Assembly: GCA_963662405.2 (NCBI GenBank)
Contig: CAXXKT010000001.1
Span: 1,696,001 to 1,760,000 of the forward strand
Length of the DNA: 64,000 nt
Reading direction: 5' to 3'
Source: Syntrophales bacterium
GTDB lineage: Bacteria; Desulfobacterota; Syntrophia; Syntrophales; UBA2210
The position numbers and the translations under genes are program-made. Under the pieces are notes generated by a model. The model ran no database searches, was not told the origin of the DNA, and saw only the letters and a program-made list of their open reading frames with translations. Positions 61,321-64,000 of this stretch are shown piece after piece. The number at the start of each line of letters is the position of its first letter. Positions within the stretch are counted from its first letter, which is position 1.

Positions 61321-62097
61321 ATGCTGATTGATTCTCACGCTCATTTGGAGATGGATGACTTTGACGGTGATCGAGAGGCCGTTATACAGAGGGCACGGGA
61401 AGAAGGTGTCGACCGCATCGTGACGGTCGGACTGAATCTTGAGGATAGCCGGAGGGCGGTTGCCCTTGCCGAACGGTACGATGTCATCTATGCCTCCGTG
61501 GGGGTACACCCACATGACGTTACGGGGATTGATGGGACAACGTATGATTTGCTCAGTGCGTTGTCGGAGCATGAGAAGGTCATTGCCTATGGCGAGATCG
61601 GGCTCGATTTTTTCAGAAACTTGTCGCCGAGGGATCTGCAGATACGGCGGTTTGCCGAACAGTTGGAACTGGCTGGAGAACTGGGCCTGCCGATCATTAT
61701 CCACGACCGCGAGGCACACAGCGAGACGGTCGAAATGCTCGCGGCCCAAAAGAACGATCAAGGAGGGGTGATTCACTGCTTTTCGGGTGATTACGATATG
61801 GCCGCGAGATGCCTGGACATGGGTTTGTATATCTCCATTCCCGGGACGATCACCTTCAAGAAATCGGATGTGCTCCGGGATATCGTCGGGAAGATTCCCC
61901 TGGATCGGCTGTTGGTCGAGACGGATTGCCCCTTTCTTTCCCCCGAACCGAAACGGGGAAAGCGAAATGAACCGGCGTATGTGGCATACACCGCCCGGCG
62001 GATTGCCGAAATAAAGCACCTTCCGTTCGAAGAGGTGGCGGAAGCGACCTCTCGGAATGCCGAGGCTCTCTTCAAAATCCAAAAGAAACATACGTGA
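61321..62097 (+). CDS. tatD: TatD-family DNase
   Basis: DSHAHL, GVHPH, GEIGLD, IH.R.A, HCFSG, ETDCPFL motifs. Confidence 0.93.
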   Translation: MLIDSHAHLEMDDFDGDREAVIQRAREEGVDRIVTVGLNLEDSRRAVALAERYDVIYASVGVHPHDVTGIDGTTYDLLSALSEHEKVIAYGEIGLDFFRNLSPRDLQIRRFAEQLELAGELGLPIIIHDREAHSETVEMLAAQKNDQGGVIHCFSGDYDMAARCLDMGLYISIPGTITFKKSDVLRDIVGKIPLDRLLVETDCPFLSPEPKRGKRNEPAYVAYTARRIAEIKHLPFEEVAEATSRNAEALFKIQKKHT

Positions 62098-62354
62098 TGC
62101 CTCGCCAGGATATTCCCCTTCCTCGGTCATAAAATGAACATGATCGACTGGAGACACGCACCGGCCGATAAGATGCGTGGTGAGGTCGTCTACTCACCCG
62201 GAGCATGTTGCCCTGTAGGGGTTGAGATGCGCACTATTCCTGAACCGTAGTGGATTGCCAGAGGGGCTGACACGGCAACTGATTGATAAGCCGGTTATAT
62301 TTTTTGGGTTACATATCGAACGCAAAAGTAATAAGGGATTGACGCACTTTTTCC

Positions 62355-62384
62355 TTGACACAGCAATTCAAGCTTTGTTATACG
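62355..62384 (+). promoter_or_regulatory. Putative sigma70 promoter of the liv-like operon (TTGACA-18-TATACG)
   Basis: Consensus -35 and TGn-extended -10. Confidence 0.45.
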
Positions 62385-62637
62385 TCCCCCACACTGAGGG
62401 AGCTTTGGTAGTGATACCCCGGGGGGGGATCTAAGCCAGTCGATATATACCAACCACATAATTAGTCCTAGAAGAACACAATATGCTTAAGTACATTGTG
62501 ATCTCTTATATAGCGTAGCGAATGATATAAACCGGGTGGTCCGTGGGATTCGCCCCCTTTATACATGGCGGTCCTCGATCTTATATTGAGGTAACCGGGG
62601 AAGTTACAAAATACCTCCGGAAAGGAGTTGAGGATTA

Positions 62638-63513
62638 ATGGTTGATACGATTTTGTTTGTTCTGGTTTTCGGTTTCCTAATGGGGGCCGTCTATCTGCTC
62701 ATTGCGCTGGGGTTCACTCTGATCTGCGGCGTTTTGAGAATCTTTCATCTCGGTTACGCCTATCTCTTTCCCCTTACCATCTACGGAACATGGTTCTTTA
62801 TGTCTGAGTTGAACCTCCCACTGATTCCGTCCATGGTCGGCATGGTCGTTGTCCAACTCATCGTCTCATATCTCATCTACGTTTTCATGGTGAAGCGGTA
62901 TCTGGATGATGAGATGACGCTTTTGACGGGGCTTCTCATCGTTGCCCTGATCGTCGATCAACTGGCAGCGTGGCGCTACCCGATTCAGGAGGGGGTGTAT
63001 CTTAATACAACACTGATGGACGGTATCTGGTCAGTCGGTCTTGCCGTGGTACCGAAACAGCTTGTCCTGTCATCGCTCATCGCCCTTGGTATGACGGGAC
63101 TGTTTGCTCTCTTTTTCATCAAGACGAGAGCCGGGCTTGCCGTCCGGGCCCTGTCCCAGGATATCCTGAATTCCCAGTTCGTGGGACTGAACGTTGAAAA
63201 ACTGTATAACCTGACCATGATGCTCGTTCTGGTACCGGTTATTGTCGCCATGCTTCTCATCGCACCGATCTGGACCGTGGAACCGGCTATGGGATGGCAG
63301 TACATGACCACCGCGATCCTGATCGCTGTGCTGGGGGGGCTTGGAAATATCAAGGGTACCATCATCGCGGCCTTTCTGATCGGCATCGACCACGCGCTTA
63401 TGTGTTTCGTGGTGGGCGAACCGCGGTTTATGAATCTATCGGCTCTGGTCCTGGTTATGGTGATCCTGGTAGTACGACCCCAAGGAATTGCGAGGAGTGA
63501 ATCATTATGGTAG
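62638..63513 (+). CDS. Branched-chain amino acid ABC permease (LivH-like)
   Basis: Y.LIALG.TLI.GV, T..G...RA, VLGGLG...G, RPQG motifs. Confidence 0.88.
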   Translation: MVDTILFVLVFGFLMGAVYLLIALGFTLICGVLRIFHLGYAYLFPLTIYGTWFFMSELNLPLIPSMVGMVVVQLIVSYLIYVFMVKRYLDDEMTLLTGLLIVALIVDQLAAWRYPIQEGVYLNTTLMDGIWSVGLAVVPKQLVLSSLIALGMTGLFALFFIKTRAGLAVRALSQDILNSQFVGLNVEKLYNLTMMLVLVPVIVAMLLIAPIWTVEPAMGWQYMTTAILIAVLGGLGNIKGTIIAAFLIGIDHALMCFVVGEPRFMNLSALVLVMVILVVRPQGIARSESLW

Positions 63514-64000
63514 ACGTTGAAATCAAAAGAGATCGGATCGTTATTCGGTGGAAGGAGAAAAAGTGGGACTGGATGATCGAGCCCCGGTACTGGCGGAATA
63601 CCATGTACTGGACGATCGCCATGATCCTCTTCCCCATATTTGCCTTTTTCTTCAGCCCCGGGCTCATCAATACAATGGTTTCGGCCAATATCTACGCCGC
63701 TATCGCCATTCCCCTGTCGCTGATGACCGTCGGAACGGGGCGGATCAACTTCGGCCCCAACTTTTACATCGGTGTCGGGGGGTATGTGGCGGCGCTTCTC
63801 AGCATCCATATGGGGTGGGGGCCCTTTGTAACACTCCCCGTTGCGATCATTGTCACGGCTTTTTCGGCATTGATCTTCAGCCCGTTGGTCGTCATGGCCC
63901 GTGGTCTCTACTACGTGCTCCTGACACTGCTCCTCCCCTTGGTGTTTCTGGAGATCACCTTCATCTATACGGGCGTCTTCAAAGGGGACGTGGGACTCTT
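63507..64000 (+). CDS. Branched-chain amino acid ABC permease (LivM-like), 3'-truncated and absent from the ORF track
   Basis: ATG 63507 overlaps livH end; open to the window edge; G.G.INFG...Y.G.GGY and RG.Y..LLTL motifs. Confidence 0.85.
   Translation, partial: MVDVEIKRDRIVIRWKEKKWDWMIEPRYWRNTMYWTIAMILFPIFAFFFSPGLINTMVSANIYAAIAIPLSLMTVGTGRINFGPNFYIGVGGYVAALLSIHMGWGPFVTLPVAIIVTAFSALIFSPLVVMARGLYYVLLTLLLPLVFLEITFIYTGVFKGDVGL

Noticed and set aside
62414..62431. ATACCCC-G8-AT as a CsoR/RcnR-type operator
   Set aside because: Imperfect symmetry and no metal-homeostasis gene nearby
1..64000. Genome-wide UGA recoding or selenocysteine as the explanation for the two in-frame TGAs
   Set aside because: TGA ends many intact genes here, including ATGA overlaps; neither site is a Cys-equivalent position; no SECIS-like hairpin was recognised
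1..64000. CRISPR array, rRNA, prophage or recognisable defence operon
   Set aside because: No regularly spaced repeats or hallmark genes seen; the HNH and helicase genes are isolated and resemble housekeeping families

Overview
Bacterial chromosomal window. Gene content suggests an anaerobic Desulfobacterota/Syntrophales-type deltaproteobacterium; this is an inference. (1) 1-26.9 kb: a co-directional, compositionally mosaic surface-polysaccharide/glycosylation locus. It encodes an O-antigen-ligase-like protein, seven GT4 and two GT2 glycosyltransferases, two ATP-grasp proteins (one fused to an LMW-PTP domain), a CoA-ligase-like protein, WecE/RffA, a deacetylase, a secreted beta-helix protein and two methyltransferases. 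An IS3 element sits nested inside an IS481 element in this locus, and both sets of ends can be resolved. (2) 27-40.8 kb: mostly housekeeping genes (YajD-like HNH, FkbM, nadE, ybaK, XRE-type regulator, glyoxalase-II-like hydrolase, rdgC, LysM protein, aspS, hisS, comEC). (3) 40.9-44.7 kb: pilS-pilR-pilA with a consensus sigma54 promoter and an aromatic-rich pilin. (4) 44.8-55.4 kb: a four-subunit 2-oxoacid:ferredoxin oxidoreductase plus acyl-CoA metabolism genes. (5) 55.6-64 kb: Ski2/HelY-like helicase, tRNA-Lys(UUU), AP-endonuclease-fold protein, dppBC-like permeases, tatD and livHM-like permeases. Best leads: a possible lipid-carrier system for adding an acylated amino sugar, an in-frame TGA between two GT4 genes, a candidate conductive pilin next to comEC, a probably leaderless CI-like regulator with a perfect CRP-type box, and a 12-bp-periodic DnaA-box-like array beside the tRNA. 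All functional calls come from motif recognition only; no searches were run.
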